A stretch of DNA of 64,000 nucleotides, taken from positions 110,842,969 through 110,906,968 of the forward strand of contig NC_068986.1 of assembly GCF_001194135.2 (NCBI RefSeq), read 5' to 3'. The notes under the pieces are model-generated. The model was not told where the DNA came from. It saw only the letters and a program-made list of their open reading frames with translations, and made no database searches. This DNA is from Octopus bimaculoides. Taxonomy: Eukaryota. This document shows positions 38,226 through 51,009 of the stretch, piece by piece. The first letter of the stretch is position 1. Each line of letters opens with the position of its first letter. Made by a program: the position numbers and the translations under genes.

Positions 38226-38390
38226 ATGGAAAATTATACACCATCAAAAGCTTGTTTATTAAAATGTTATCGACAAACACATTTACAGTATTAGCGAGAA
38301 TACATTCATTTTAAATAACACAGATATAAAGTGAAGGTATTGCATATGAGAGTGTAATAAACAAGCTTTTGAGGATGTATAATTTTCCAT
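38226..38390. repeat. Inverted repeat, 36-bp arms, 93-nt spacer
   Basis: 38226-38261 versus the reverse complement of 38355-38390: 2 mismatches. Confidence 0.85.
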
Positions 38391-38659
38391 GCTATTTTTA
38401 ATGTGCTGAATGTACAATCTGTAAAATGTATAAAATCCAGAGGAATGAACTCCTGTTTTACCTCTCGGATGAAATCCTTAAGGAATTTCCCGTTGTCCCA
38501 TGTGATTCGATGTGGTTATTCAGAACTTCGATTATACTAGACTATTTGTAAGGTAACCGCTTGGATTCAAAATCCCTAACCCTTTATGTTATGTATACAC
38601 ACAAATACACATACATACATACATACATACATACATACATACATGTATGTATAACGGTA

Positions 38660-38830
38660 AAGACACACATCGGCCATAAATGAAGTTGGGGTTGCACCTC
38701 TCCAGTGCACAATTCCGGCAAAAGTCGTTTATGGTTGATCAGCAGTCACCCATGCACACCGCCCCCTATCCGCTCCATCGATGTTCTCCAAAAGAAAAGG
38801 AAGGACCGATATAGCTTGGCACCAGTGACG
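38660..38830 (-). mobile_element. Fragment of the same repeat family as 24310-24558
   Basis: Shared AAGGACCGATA(T/C)AGC.TG.CACCAGTGACGT. Confidence 0.55.
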
Positions 38831-38856
38831 TAAACTTTTGGTAACTAGGAAGCTTA

Positions 38857-39091
38857 AATACTCTTTATTCTTTTACTTGCTTCAGTTATTTGACTGAGGC
38901 CATGCTAGAGCATCGCATTTAGTCGAAAAAAATCAACACCAGGACTTATTTTTTGTAACCCTAGTATTTTTATATTGGTCACCTTTGACGAAACGCTACG
39001 TTACGGGGACGTAAACGCACCGACATCGGTTGTCAAGCTATAGTGATAGTGTTAGCAAACACAGACACACAAACGCATACACACATATATA

Positions 39092-39144
<53 letters not shown>

Positions 39145-39297
39145 GACGGGCTTCTTTCAGTTTCCGTCTACCAAATCTATTCACAAGGCTTTGGTTGGTC
39201 CGTGGATATAATAGAAGACACTTGCGCAAGGTGCCACGCAGTGGGACTGCACCCGGTTTTTAAGCAAGCTATTTACCACATTGCCACTCCTGCGCCT
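38857..39297 (-). mobile_element. Near full-length tRNA-derived SINE, family B, with an expanded internal (CA)/(TA) microsatellite
   Basis: Minus strand: GCGCAGGAGTGGCAATGTGGTAA head, CAGTCCCACTGCGTGGCACCTTG, GTAGACGGAAACTGAAAGAAGCCCGTC, microsatellite, CTTGACAACCGATG, then an AAAGAATAAAGAGT tail. The same junctions occur at 59865-59975. Confidence 0.85.
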
Positions 39298-40482
39298 CTG
39301 TATAAACATTTTCATTTCCTGGTGTAGGAAAGAGTTTCACTTTCATTAAAAAATCCTCAACAGACTCTTTTGATAAGAAAATGGAAAACTTAGTAACTAA
39401 AACGAAAAAACTGTATCTAACCAATTTAATTAATAAATCATTATATCCGATTCCAGTAATTTGGGATTATTCCAGAACATTCAATACTATTAATGCTGCG
39501 TTTAAGAAATTGGAAAAGGAATCGAAAATGCTAGGATATATATTACCGTGTGGTATTTTGGTGCCTCCTTATAGTGTCTGTGTTAATATACCGCCAGGGT
39601 CAACTTTGCTTCTCTGTCGATGGCGACATTACGATAGTTGCCCAGTAATCGCTGCCCACGAAGAAATATACCAACGCCAACGGATCTTCAAATATACTAT
39701 TATAGCATAATACTTCATATTGCATCGGATAAAGTACTTTAATGCATATAATTACAGGTTATGTGATCTTCAATTGAAATCACGCGGGTATGACTAATAT
39801 CTCCGGCAAATTTATGTCCTAAATTTTAAATTATTATCAAATGTATTTCAAAGGAACTTATTTCTGATGCCAAAGTTAATTACATCACTTGTTTCCGTTT
39901 AGAGATCCAATTCTTCCTGGATATATCTTCCAGGGGAAAAAATTACAAATAAAATACAAATCAACAATCTACGTGTACCTGGCATTAACATTACCAGAGA
40001 TATATCCATATGCTATAAATTATTTGTAATATGGTTTAAAATTAATTAAACCTGCGCTTCCATCAATATTCTCACTCCATCGAAAGCTCTGTATGGATAT
40101 AGATAACATTTAAACATAAAGCAAGCTTGAAACTTGATGTGCATTATAGTTATATAAACCTATATGCAAATATATTTATTTCTAAATTCCCAGCTGTATC
40201 GTAAGGTCATTTAATGTGTCACTCTTTGATCGTTCTTCTTAAATATTATGTCAATGCATCTAAATAGAAATATAACATCGTATTAGTATTTTGTGAAGTA
40301 GAATTTGAATTAGAAATATTTATATTCGGGTCCATAGTTACAGAATATCACTATGTATGTATGTAGGTATGTATGTGTGTATCTGTCTGTCTGTCTATTT
40401 ACCTAGCTAATTTTATCTATCAATTTGCTTGTCTGTCTCTTTGTCTCTTTCTATGTCTGCCTGTCCGGCTATCTCTCTCTTA

Positions 40483-40513
<31 letters not shown>

Positions 40514-41676
40514 CAACGAAATGTCACTTTCTCTCCATCTTTTTTATACTCTGTTTCTTACGTTCGCCATATTTGACTTTCCATATATTGCGTTTTCGAA
40601 ATAGAAATTCAACCGTTGAGAGACAGGCATGGTAATGTTATAAATGAGTGATCTTGTATTTGGGATTTGGCCACTGTGCAGTTCCCACTGATAATAAACA
40701 AAAAATATTCCAGTCATCAACAATGAATCTTAGATTTTGCTCCGAATTACTCCATTCATAAAAAAAACTGAAGGCGTCTTTCAAAATAGAGAAGTAGTGC
40801 AGTTACTGTTTCTAGCTTGTCTAGTAACCAGGTAATATGATCACACGCTTTTGTCTGTGGATATGTATCGTTAAACAAGACTTGATTGAATTTGCAAGTC
40901 TGCCTTTATAGAAGTTAAATCTACATTGAGACAGATGTCTAAGTTCCGTAAGAAGGAAAACAATTCCGAATGTGTCACGTACATAAATGATGATTTGTCA
41001 CTTCATTTCATTATCCGATATTTCTTCGGGAAATATCGGATTTCAATGACATCTGATATTTCGAATACAATAGATTCATGTAAACAAATCTTTAACGAAC
41101 ATCTTTCATAAAATGAAGATTTCTTAAGGGGAACATATGTTTTGTAACGAAACCTGGCAAAGTATTTGATCTAAAGGACAAATATATGGATAGATTATAT
41201 CAAGACGGAGCGGCAAATTATTTTATTCATTTACAGGCTTCAGTCGTTGCACTGTGAAACATGGAGGCATTAAACTTCAATGAGATCTTATCGATTATAT
41301 CGACCTTTGTGTTTTGTATGGAATATATTATTACTATTATGTTGAGTTATTTTATGTAATACGAGTTACAGAAAGTAAATGCATAAAGGGACATAAATGG
41401 AATAACGCAGTTACAATATGATATACCGGTTGGCCCCCGTGCCGTCAAAAATGACGGGTAATTGTAGTATTTTATATATAAATATGGATGGTAAATCAAA
41501 TTAATACACTTGTTATCTAATAGTTATCTTTTGAGATGTGACATCAATCATCATTTTTTACTGAAAGAACGCTGCTTCACACAAACATTCACATAGTTCC
41601 TTTGCACATATACACAGTCGAAACGCTGTTTGATTTTTCTTTCCATCGTTGAATGTTCGCTATCACACTTCTATTG

Positions 41677-41725
<49 letters not shown>

Positions 41726-41820
41726 GCACATACTCACACAAACAAAACTAATAAATTATATTCAAATCGAAATAAGCAAAACGATGTTTTAAATAAACAA
41801 GGTATCTTTTGACAATTTAC

Positions 41821-41873
41821 CTGACGAGGCACATCTGCACCGAATGATGTACCACAACTATTTCTCCAAACTC
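41821..41873 (-). CDS. Candidate small exon of an unidentified gene (unverified)
   Basis: Unique, relatively GC-rich 53 nt bounded by CCCCCTCTCAG| and CAG|GTAAAT on the minus strand; two open frames (VWRNSCGTSFGADVPRQ or EFGEIVVVHHSVQMCLV). No family recognised. Confidence 0.2.
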
Positions 41874-43150
41874 CTGAGAGGGGGCCGATGCACGATAAGT
41901 CGAAACAATCGCAGTGAGAAATGAAGAAACCCGTGAATTTTATTTTCCTTTTCTCTCTCACATATACATACATACATACTTACACACACAAGCGAATACG
42001 CACACGCATATGCATACTTAGAATATTCTCTGAATATATCTATAACCCCATATTCAATCCGTGGCCACGGAGGGGCTGTACTTGCGCTGGAATATTCAAT
42101 TGAATAAACAGACAATCTTGCAGCACTTCGTCACTCTGACTGTATGATTGTTAAAATCGTAACAGGCGCACACAGTTTAAAAAAAAAATTACTTTACTTA
42201 TTATTCTCTTATCAAATAAACTGTATGACAATAGTTTAATTGCCGATGAATGAATCCTGTAACAGTCTGTACAGAATAACATGGAATCAAAAACATGTAT
42301 AATCTAACCTTACCATCTGACTATCTATAACATTGATGTTCTGTGAGATATTGTAATTTGAATAATACCTGCAAGACAGATGCATCGAACAGTAGTAAAT
42401 GTCAGAATAGCACCGTTGAAGTAGCGGCCACAGTAACATTTCTGCTGTTATTTTTGGAGAAGAGAAAACTACAGATAGGTCATTTCAAGAATTTGCCTTG
42501 AAGCCAAAAGTTTGTGGGTCAGATTCCAAAACTATGTCCCAGCTATGTTTAAGACGAAGTCTTCAGCTAGAGTTTCTGTTTTTGCTTATATTGATGTTAT
42601 TTGCTCCTGATCATTTTCCAATCGACTGAGCGTGAGTAACATTCGGCTAAACTGTATTTTAATTTTCTGGAACACACTTAACAATGTGTCTTTCCGTCTT
42701 TCTAAGATATAAGATATGAAATGGGACAGAAATGACTCTTATTTCTAGGAAATTGATCATGATTGTTTTTATATGTTTCAAATTCTTCCCTGCAGAATGT
42801 GACGTATCCGTACATAAGTATCGATTTGTAAAATTGGATCATTGACATGATTAACTCAGCTGATTAGCTCGATTCCCGTATTGGATTAGAGCAATCAAAG
42901 AAGGAACAAATCTCAAAGTCGCAACCGCCGAAATTTCGAGTGAAAGAATTCTGGATCATAACTAAAACAATGCAGGACATTTTGTCTGACCTTCTCCCGA
43001 TTCTGCCAATTATACCAGTTATAGATTCAAACGCTACAATCTTGTGAACGAAACCCAAGAGTTTTACTTTAGAAAAGAAGAGAATTACTTCAATGGTGTG
43101 TCTCGGGGTCATAATGAACAACTTATGGATATCCTTCGACGAAGTTGAAT

Positions 43151-43195
<45 letters not shown>

Positions 43196-43722
43196 TAAAG
43201 AGAGAGAGAGATGTCTTCGTAATATATATCGTGTCTCACTTCTCATTATAAATGAAATATCGATAATACAATTATCACCATACTCGGAGGAAAACTTATA
43301 AAGCTATAATTCGTATTACTCAAGAAACCGTTATAATTAACTGCCATATTCACTCAGCATATCATTATTTATAAATAGTTATTTATTTCTAGTGGATAGG
43401 AGTTTGTATCAATCTTTTAATCTCCTGTGTATTTATACACATACATACTTACATATAAGTATGCGCATATATAAGTATATAATGATATAAATGCATAAAA
43501 GAAACACACACACGCACGCACAAACATGTACACACACACACACGTGTATATTGATGTGTGGTTCTAAACTTGATTGTTTCTCCATGGCAAATATGTCATT
43601 TGGTTGAGGATAAGGAAACGGATTCGTGAGAGCAGATAATTATTTTATACGAAGTGATGAATACGATGCGATGAAACTAATCCAGTTCAGTTCTTACAGG
43701 TTCCATATAATTCAATACAAAA

Positions 43723-43753
<31 letters not shown>

Positions 43754-43759
43754 ATGAAA

Positions 43760-44612
43760 TAATGGGCGAGGATGAGTTTAACCAAAGAGCTGAGGAGAAC
43801 AGAAAAGAAGACCTTCTTGAAATGAGAATGCATGGGCAGTTTATAAGGAATACACAAGACGTTATGGATAATGCAGCATCGTGAGCGAGGTGATTTGAAG
43901 CGTACCACCGAAAGCCTGATCATTGCTGCACAAGACCAGGCTCTTACTACAAATTCAGTGAAGTATATCATCTATAAAACTTATGACTCCCAGAAATGCA
44001 GACTCTGTGGAAAGAGCGTGGAAAATGTGACCCACTTGGTAAGTGGGAGTGAGAGCCTTGCACAAAAAGAATACAAGCACTGCCACGATAAAATGTGTGT
44101 GTATCTTCATTGGCTGTTATGCCGTAAATACCAATATGTCGTAACAGAGAACTGGTATGAGCATGTACCAAGTAAAGTTATGCAGGAGGATGGAAAAGAA
44201 ATGATACTCTGGGACTATGATTTTCAGACGGATCGTGTTTTCGAACACCGTCGGCCGGACATTGTCATATTGAGTAAGAGAGACAAATACTGTCAGATCA
44301 TTGATGCAGCCATACCAAATGACATGAATGTTGTGAGTAAAGAGGTTGAAAAAATAACCGAATTAAAAGTGAAAATAGTAAGACAGTATAGAATGCGAGA
44401 AGGTAATGTAAAAGTGATACCAGTGGTGATCGGAGCGTTGGGCTCAATCCCATTGAAACTTCAAGACTTCTTAAGGCAACTGGAAATCCCATGCAATATT
44501 GATGTCTTGCAAAATGCCGCCTTATTGTGCAAATCGCACATCTTAAGGGAAGCATTATCTGTCTGAGGGTCGTGTTGTGACTTGACAGATGATTAAAACC
44601 TCCGGTGCATTA
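43760..44612 (+). mobile_element. 5'-truncated R4/Dong-like retrotransposon (third subfamily) with a 231-codon open REL-domain frame (43871-44566)
   Basis: MHGQF, TESLIIAAQDQAL, KCRLCGKSVENVTHLVSGS, QKEYKHCHD, WYEHVP, LWDYDFQTD, RRPDIV, QIIDAAIP and VIPVVIGALGSIP; preceded by (CTA)n at about 43724-43753. Confidence 0.92.
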
Positions 44613-44639
44613 TTACTTACACTATGTTACAACAACAGG

Positions 44640-45830
44640 AAAGAGCATTTGAGGAGAACTTGGCTTCCGCTCCAATTGGAGCTATAGTACGCTATCTAGA
44701 TACGATTTGGAAGACACGATGCGGTTTGCCCATTCGGAAAATACAGTCGGTAACTGTCAGCCAACTAGAAGAGACTGATCAGGTCTCTGACGCTTCTACT
44801 GCTCCCTCTCCTATCAGCTAACCCCGCCCTATAGAGGCATGCGTCCTACATGGCATTCCAGTCGCACACTAACATTAAAAAATGTGGCAGCCCAACGAAG
44901 ACCTTCAAACGTCATAAGAAATCTGGCTTCCCGCTCCCGTAGAGGCGGGTGCAGCGACAAATATGATCTCATCCCCTTCGCTGTAGCTCACGTCTCGGAT
45001 CACCAATTTACCATCGTCCGAACCTTGAAATGCAAGCCTTCCCTAAACAGCACTGCCTCCTAGCCGACTAAGACAGACGTAATTCTCATAATCATCGAAA
45101 ATTGGTGCCAGATCGGGTGTGTCGGAAATCCTGTTCTCACTAATTGATCTCACATAAAACCCTAGGGATCTGCCGTCATTGAGCAAGAGACCTTGCTTGT
45201 AGGGCGACCTCAGGCCACCAACATTTAAGCAGCCAACTCTGACAATCGCCATAACAGTTTGAAAGTTTTGAGAAAAAGAAAACGAAAAGAGCTGTTGGTG
45301 ACCCGGGGAATCTCGCTCCGGTGATGGCCGTGGTTCTTCTGAGAAATCCGTTGATAGCGTTTTCGTGGTATGGACGTTTGGTCTTTCCTCGTCGTGCAGG
45401 AAATACCTCTGAATGTCTTTCTACACTTTGAGGGATAACCGAATGAGCATTAAGTCATCTGGAATCCTAAGGGTGTCGTAAATTACATCTCCTCACTAAA
45501 TCTTATTGTTTCTGACTATGAGAGCCATGAAACTTATGTTGGCTCGATGATTTCTCATTTTACATGGATTGATATTTCCATGTTTATCCCAAATAATTTT
45601 CTCCCTGTTGCTCCATTTTAACATGAAGAGTAAATCCGGGTCCTGCACAATACAGGCGACAATCCGCCAAACATTTAGACCTGTCCGCGCGCCCGATACA
45701 CGAACCTGCATCATTCTCTTTTAGATCCACTCCTCATTCGACCAGATTGACACCGCACCCCGTCCACAGAATGCTGAAGTGTACGCGCTCCAATTTATCC
45801 CTACGTGAAATTGGGTAAGGCACGACAATG
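44640..45830 (-). mobile_element. Tx1/L1-like LINE remnant: ORF1 fragments (about 45830-45260) and APE endonuclease at the start of ORF2 (45252-44640)
   Basis: MAIVRVGCLNVGGLRS (APE motif I), GGSAVLF, PDFL*RLKVF..LVCDWNAM (GDxN motif) and SYLDSVL. The ORF1 assignment upstream (IPDDLMLIR..TKTLSTDFSEEPRP) is less certain. Confidence 0.8.
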
Positions 45831-45859
45831 AGTCGATGATATGTAAGGAAAGAGAGCAT

Positions 45860-46095
45860 AAGGTGGTGAGCTGGCAGAATGGTTAGGACGCCGGGCGAAA
45901 TGCTGAGCGGTATTTCGTCTGTTTTTACGTTCTGAGTTCAAATTCCACCGAGGTCAATTTTGCCTTTCATTCTTTCGGGATCGATTAAATAAGTACCAGC
46001 TACACACTGGGTCGATATGTTCGACTTATTTCCCTGTCTGTCCTTGTTGGTCCGCTCTATGTTTAGCCCCCTGTGGGCAATAAAGAAGTAAATAT
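45860..46095 (+). mobile_element. Well-preserved SINE family A copy (alternative 3' tail)
   Basis: GGTGAGCTGGCAGAATGGTTAGGACGCCGGGCGAAATGCTGAGCGG..GAGTTCAAATTCC (A and B boxes), ending CCCTGTGGGCAATAAAGAAGTAA. Confidence 0.88.
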
Positions 46096-46480
46096 GTGAT
46101 GAAGGCGATGCATGCATTCACCACATGTGCTCAACCTGTCAGAGATAGCTTTCTCTGGAACCATTTCTGGGTAAACCTGGCTAGCTTGCTCGTCACCTGG
46201 TTTACGTTCTTCTCCACCTGGAGTTCTGCACCAAAGAAGAACCCGAGCAATTTACAAGATCTTTCCATCCAGCGACCCACCATATTATTGGACGGCATGG
46301 GCCGTCCTTTCCAGCTGCTGAGCTGCAGGCCCTGTGAGGTTTTTTAGTTATGTTTTGCTACTATTACTGCTGCGTATTCTTTTAGAGCTATGTTGGTCAG
46401 AACTATGTGCCCGCTGTTCGATAATATGACGATGACGTCGTCTTCATATGCTGAAACGATTCTTCCACGTCATTGACTAA
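46096..46480 (-). mobile_element. Tx1/L1-like LINE RT remnant
   Basis: Minus strand: RIVSAYEDDVIVI (YADD equivalent at 46448-46437), ALKEYAAV, SWKGRPMP, KLLGFFFGAELQVEKN and KWFQRKLSLTG. The + strand ORF 46096-46347 is its antisense shadow. Confidence 0.85.
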
Positions 46481-46651
46481 TGAGGCCGATTCTTGTATGG
46501 AAGTGTGTGTTGCAAATTTCACACGAGAATATATGATGCAGATATCTTTGAAAGGGAGTTTTCAGATATGAACAAAATGAGCACTCTCCTTTTCGAGCTC
46601 ATATATATATATGAGAGTGCTCATATATATATATATATATATATGAGAGTG

Positions 46652-46695
<44 letters not shown>

Positions 46696-47508
46696 ATAAA
46701 ATCTTTTTCAAAAATTTCATCAAGTGGCCAGCATACGGAAATGCCTTTAATGGTGAACATTATAAACAATTNNNNNNNNNNNNNNNNNNNNNNNNNNNNN
46801 NNNNNNNNNNNNNNNNNNNNNNNNNNNNNNNNNNNNNNNNNNNNNNNNNNNNNNNNNNNNNNNNNNNNNNNNNNNNNNNNNNNNNNNNNNNNNNNNNNNN
46901 NNNNNNNNNNNNNNNNNNNNNNNNNNNNNNNNNNNNNNNNNNNNNNNNNNNNNNNNNNNNNNNNNNNNNNNNNNNNNNNNNNNNNNNNNNNNNNNNNNNN
47001 NNNNNNNNNNNNNNNNNNNNNNNNNNNNNNNNNNNNNNNNNNNNNNNNNNNNNNNNNNNNNNNNNNNNNNNNNNNNNNNNNNNNNNNNNNNNNNNNNNNN
47101 NNNNNNNNNNNNNNNNNNNNNNNNNNNNNNNNNNNNNNNNNNNNNNNNNNNNNNNNNNNNNNNNNNNNNNNNNNNNNNNNNNNNNNNNNNNNNNNNNNNN
47201 NNNNNNNNNNNNNNNNNNNNNNNNNNNNNNNNNNNNNNNNNNNNNNNNNNNNNNNNNNNNNNNNNNNNNNNNNNNNNNNNNNNNNNNNNNNNNNNNNNNN
47301 NNNNNNNNNNNNNNNNNNNNNNNNNNNNNNNNNNNNNNNNNNNNNNNNNNNNNNNNNNNNNNNNNNNNNNNNNNNNNNNNNNNNNNNNNNNNNNNNNNNN
47401 NNNNNNNNNNNNNNNNNNNNNNNNNNNNNNNNNNNNNNNNNNNNNNNNNNNNNNNNNNNNNNNNNNNNNNNNNNNNNNNNNNNNNNNNNNNNNNNNNNNN
47501 NNNNNNNN

Positions 47509-47544
<36 letters not shown>

Positions 47545-48066
47545 GTATATATGCATATATATGTACATCAATGCATTTATAGATGCGTGTGTGTATGTTC
47601 GTAGTTCCCATTCATTGTTTGATATTTTTCGTTTATGTGTTTTCTAATAAAACTCTAATTTCGCAAAGGAAAATGGCAATGAATTCATTTTCAATGAAAT
47701 CTAAGACTGTTATAAAACTTGATGATATTTATATCGATGATATTAAAAAAAGTAGATATATGATATACAAGGAACTCAAAAGATGTAGGATTGAACAATA
47801 AGATAAGCGATAGCACCATAATATCCTAGAAATGGCAAGTGTATCCTACCTTAGAAAGCAATTCTACTTCTTTGCTAAACATGCTGCTATGGATCGGTGT
47901 GGAATATTTATTTGCAAATATTTATGAAAATTTTCGGCAATATTCTCTGAAGAAGTACTTTGTTTTCAGTTCTGAAAATTTAAATCTCTTAAAAATGAAA
48001 ATGAATCATTTAAATAGTTTCATGTACAAGCCTATGAACAAAGTAACACCTATACACACACATATA

Positions 48067-48121
<55 letters not shown>

Positions 48122-48230
48122 ACATCCAAATATGTAATAATGTTAAATATATCCACGCATACTCATGCATAAAACATTATATATGTGCAGTTTGCACATA
48201 TACAGGTATGGAAATATTGTGTGTGTGTGC

Positions 48231-48263
<33 letters not shown>

Positions 48264-48273
48264 NNNNNNNNNN

Positions 48274-48321
<48 letters not shown>

Positions 48322-48379
48322 TCATGTTTGTATATATTAGATTAGAAAATCCATATCATCTCTCTCTCTCCCTCTCTAT

Positions 48380-48418
<39 letters not shown>

Positions 48419-50155
48419 CACATATATATATATGCATATACATATGCGTGTATGTGTGTGTGCTTTTACAAGTGTATATGCACACAAATAAGTATGTATG
48501 CACACACACACATATATACTATAGAATGGTATATACATACCCATGAATATAGACGTGCATATTTTTATGAGAGTATCGGTATGAGCGTGTATGAATGGAA
48601 ATGGTTTCATGCGCCTCTGGAAGAAAAGCATAAATTGCTATGTGCATGTAAAGAACAATTTTAAATGTGTGCCTAGAAAAATATTCTTTATATTTATTAC
48701 CACTTCATAATTCTTAGAATTTATATAGATATTTAATATTAAATATGAAAATAAATTACATATATGGAAATATACTCGCATGCATATGTATACCTATATA
48801 TTCATATATATACATGCACGCATACACATTCATTCAGCTTTATAGTTTAAAATAATAGTGAAATATAATGTCCTAAAATGGTTTCTAACTATGAAAAAAT
48901 ATTAAATTAAGATTTTATAGATGGTTGCTATTTTTTTTTTAACTAAATACTTAGATTTCATGAGTCTTTTTACTCGATTTCCATAATTTATGGAAACTCA
49001 GTCTTTATTTCTAGTCTCCGGTTATGTATGTCTCTCTAAACGCACGCACGCACGCACGCACGAACACAGGTTAACACACAAATCTACAAACTCGTGAACA
49101 CACCTATATTGAAATATTTTTTAGGGTTTTAATTTACGAATGAGAGGAAAAAAATATGTAATAGAATATAATTTGTATATTTATTTATCGTGGAAACTCC
49201 CTTCAGTTGCTTGAATGAGTTTCTCCATAACATTTGTCATAACAAGTAATAATTAACGCAGAAACGAACAGGCAGACACACACACAAACACATTGATATA
49301 AACATACACACAAAGATATGTATATGTGTGCGGGGTTGAGGGAGAGACAGAATGTGTTTGTGCGTGTTTACATATAAATATCTATCAACATTTATATATG
49401 AGTGGAGATATATGTAGATATGCATACACAAACAGAAAGATATATTGTAAACCTTGCTTGGTAAATCTATGGTAAAGAGCACTCTTCGATACTGTGATAC
49501 AATACCTCAGTAATAGCTTCCGAGATATATTGAAAAATCTGAATATAGGAGAATCTACAGGACAGTAACATAATTTCATGAAGGTTAGAGCTTATTTCCA
49601 AGTGAATACTCTCAGACCCAACTTATATGAGGGTTAAATTCATATATAAACATTAGACATACCTACATATGCCCTTTTCAAGAATGGATAAAATTTGATC
49701 GTTTGCAGAAAAAAAATCTTTTACTCAACAAACTTTTTTATAATTTCAAATATTTATTCTTTTTCACCGATTTCTCATTCAAAAGAATTTCCACGAAGAC
49801 TGGAAATTCGAGTTGTTTTTGCAATTGTTTCCAGCACCACCTCAGCGATCTCTGTCCCCCATTCACGTCTACGATTACCCTATTATCATGTAATGTAAAT
49901 AGGTTGGTAGTGGGGCGTTAGTGTACTTGCCAGAGATAATGAAAAGGTGAGACAATAAATAGTCCTTTCCCCTAAAGAATTATGTCAATAGAACCATTAA
50001 CATTGGATCTATGAACGGTAATTTAAACATCTAAATGAAAACGCATCCAGAATTGTGATAAATAAGTAGATATCCTTGTACTAACGAACTGTCGTAATCA
50101 AAACTCTATCTGGCAGTCGGACAAAACCTATGATCGATTCTAACTTTTATCGTTT

Positions 50156-50205
<50 letters not shown>

Positions 50206-50245
50206 ATTATATATATATACATATACACACATATTTAAATATATA

Positions 50246-50284
<39 letters not shown>

Positions 50285-51009
50285 ACATATATATGTATGC
50301 ATGTGTGTGTGTGTGTGTGTATTTGGGCGATAATGGTTGTTGTTTGTTTCATAGTTTTGCTGTTTTCTTTCACTCACGTGGGTTTTGCTTTATATGCAAG
50401 GGCCACCCACAACCGACATATTGTATTTTTACTGTGATAATGACTCATTTAGATATTGAACGGAATTTGAACGTAGTTAATCAGAAGTAACTCGTTGACT
50501 TTGTACTGTTTCCGATAAATAACAAAAATCTGATGTTTCCTTAGAAGTAATTCGAAACAATTTCCTGCAGAATAATAACATTTCTAGACATCGCTATCCG
50601 TGATAAAAATATAGTACAGCAGGAGATTTGTATTAATGTAAAATTTGAAGTCATGCAAAGCAGTCAAAAAATTTAATGCATTCAAATAAGAGAAAATGTT
50701 TCCAAACTGTAATATAACTGAATTTGTCAGAATTTAGCGATTTAAATGTTTATAAAGTTCAGTTTGGAATAAACATATGACATAATTCATTATACGCTGT
50801 AATGCTTGAAAATGGCATGTAAGACAGGAGAAAAAAAAATGAAAGAAACTTTCAAAAGAATATTATTTTTATATAAGCAAGTAAACAGAAGTCTTGACTG
50901 TTTATATGTCAGTGTGTCTTTTCTCTGAGAGTGCTTTATCATCAGATTCACAAATGTCTGACGTTAGGAAGTGCTCTGGTATTGAGTGTATTTTTCTCTT
51001 TTCAATAGC

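Noticed and set aside
39381-39710. 109-aa ORF with fragments resembling RTE RT (WDYSRTFNTI, AFKKLEKESKMLG)
   Set aside because: Motifs are weak and not in the expected spacing; cannot be supported beyond a possible very old LINE relic.
41821-41850. CTGACGA-GG..CC-GAAT as a hammerhead, and the + frame peptide LPDEAHLHRMM as a DEAH helicase motif
   Set aside because: GAAT instead of GAAA and no stem I pairing; the DEAH lacks the preceding hydrophobic strand and any other helicase motif.
46578-46660. GAGAGTGCTCAT repeated twice between (TA)n runs, with an inverted copy upstream
   Set aside because: Explained by slippage or template switching at a TA tract near a gap; not a CRISPR-like array, as there are no unique spacers.
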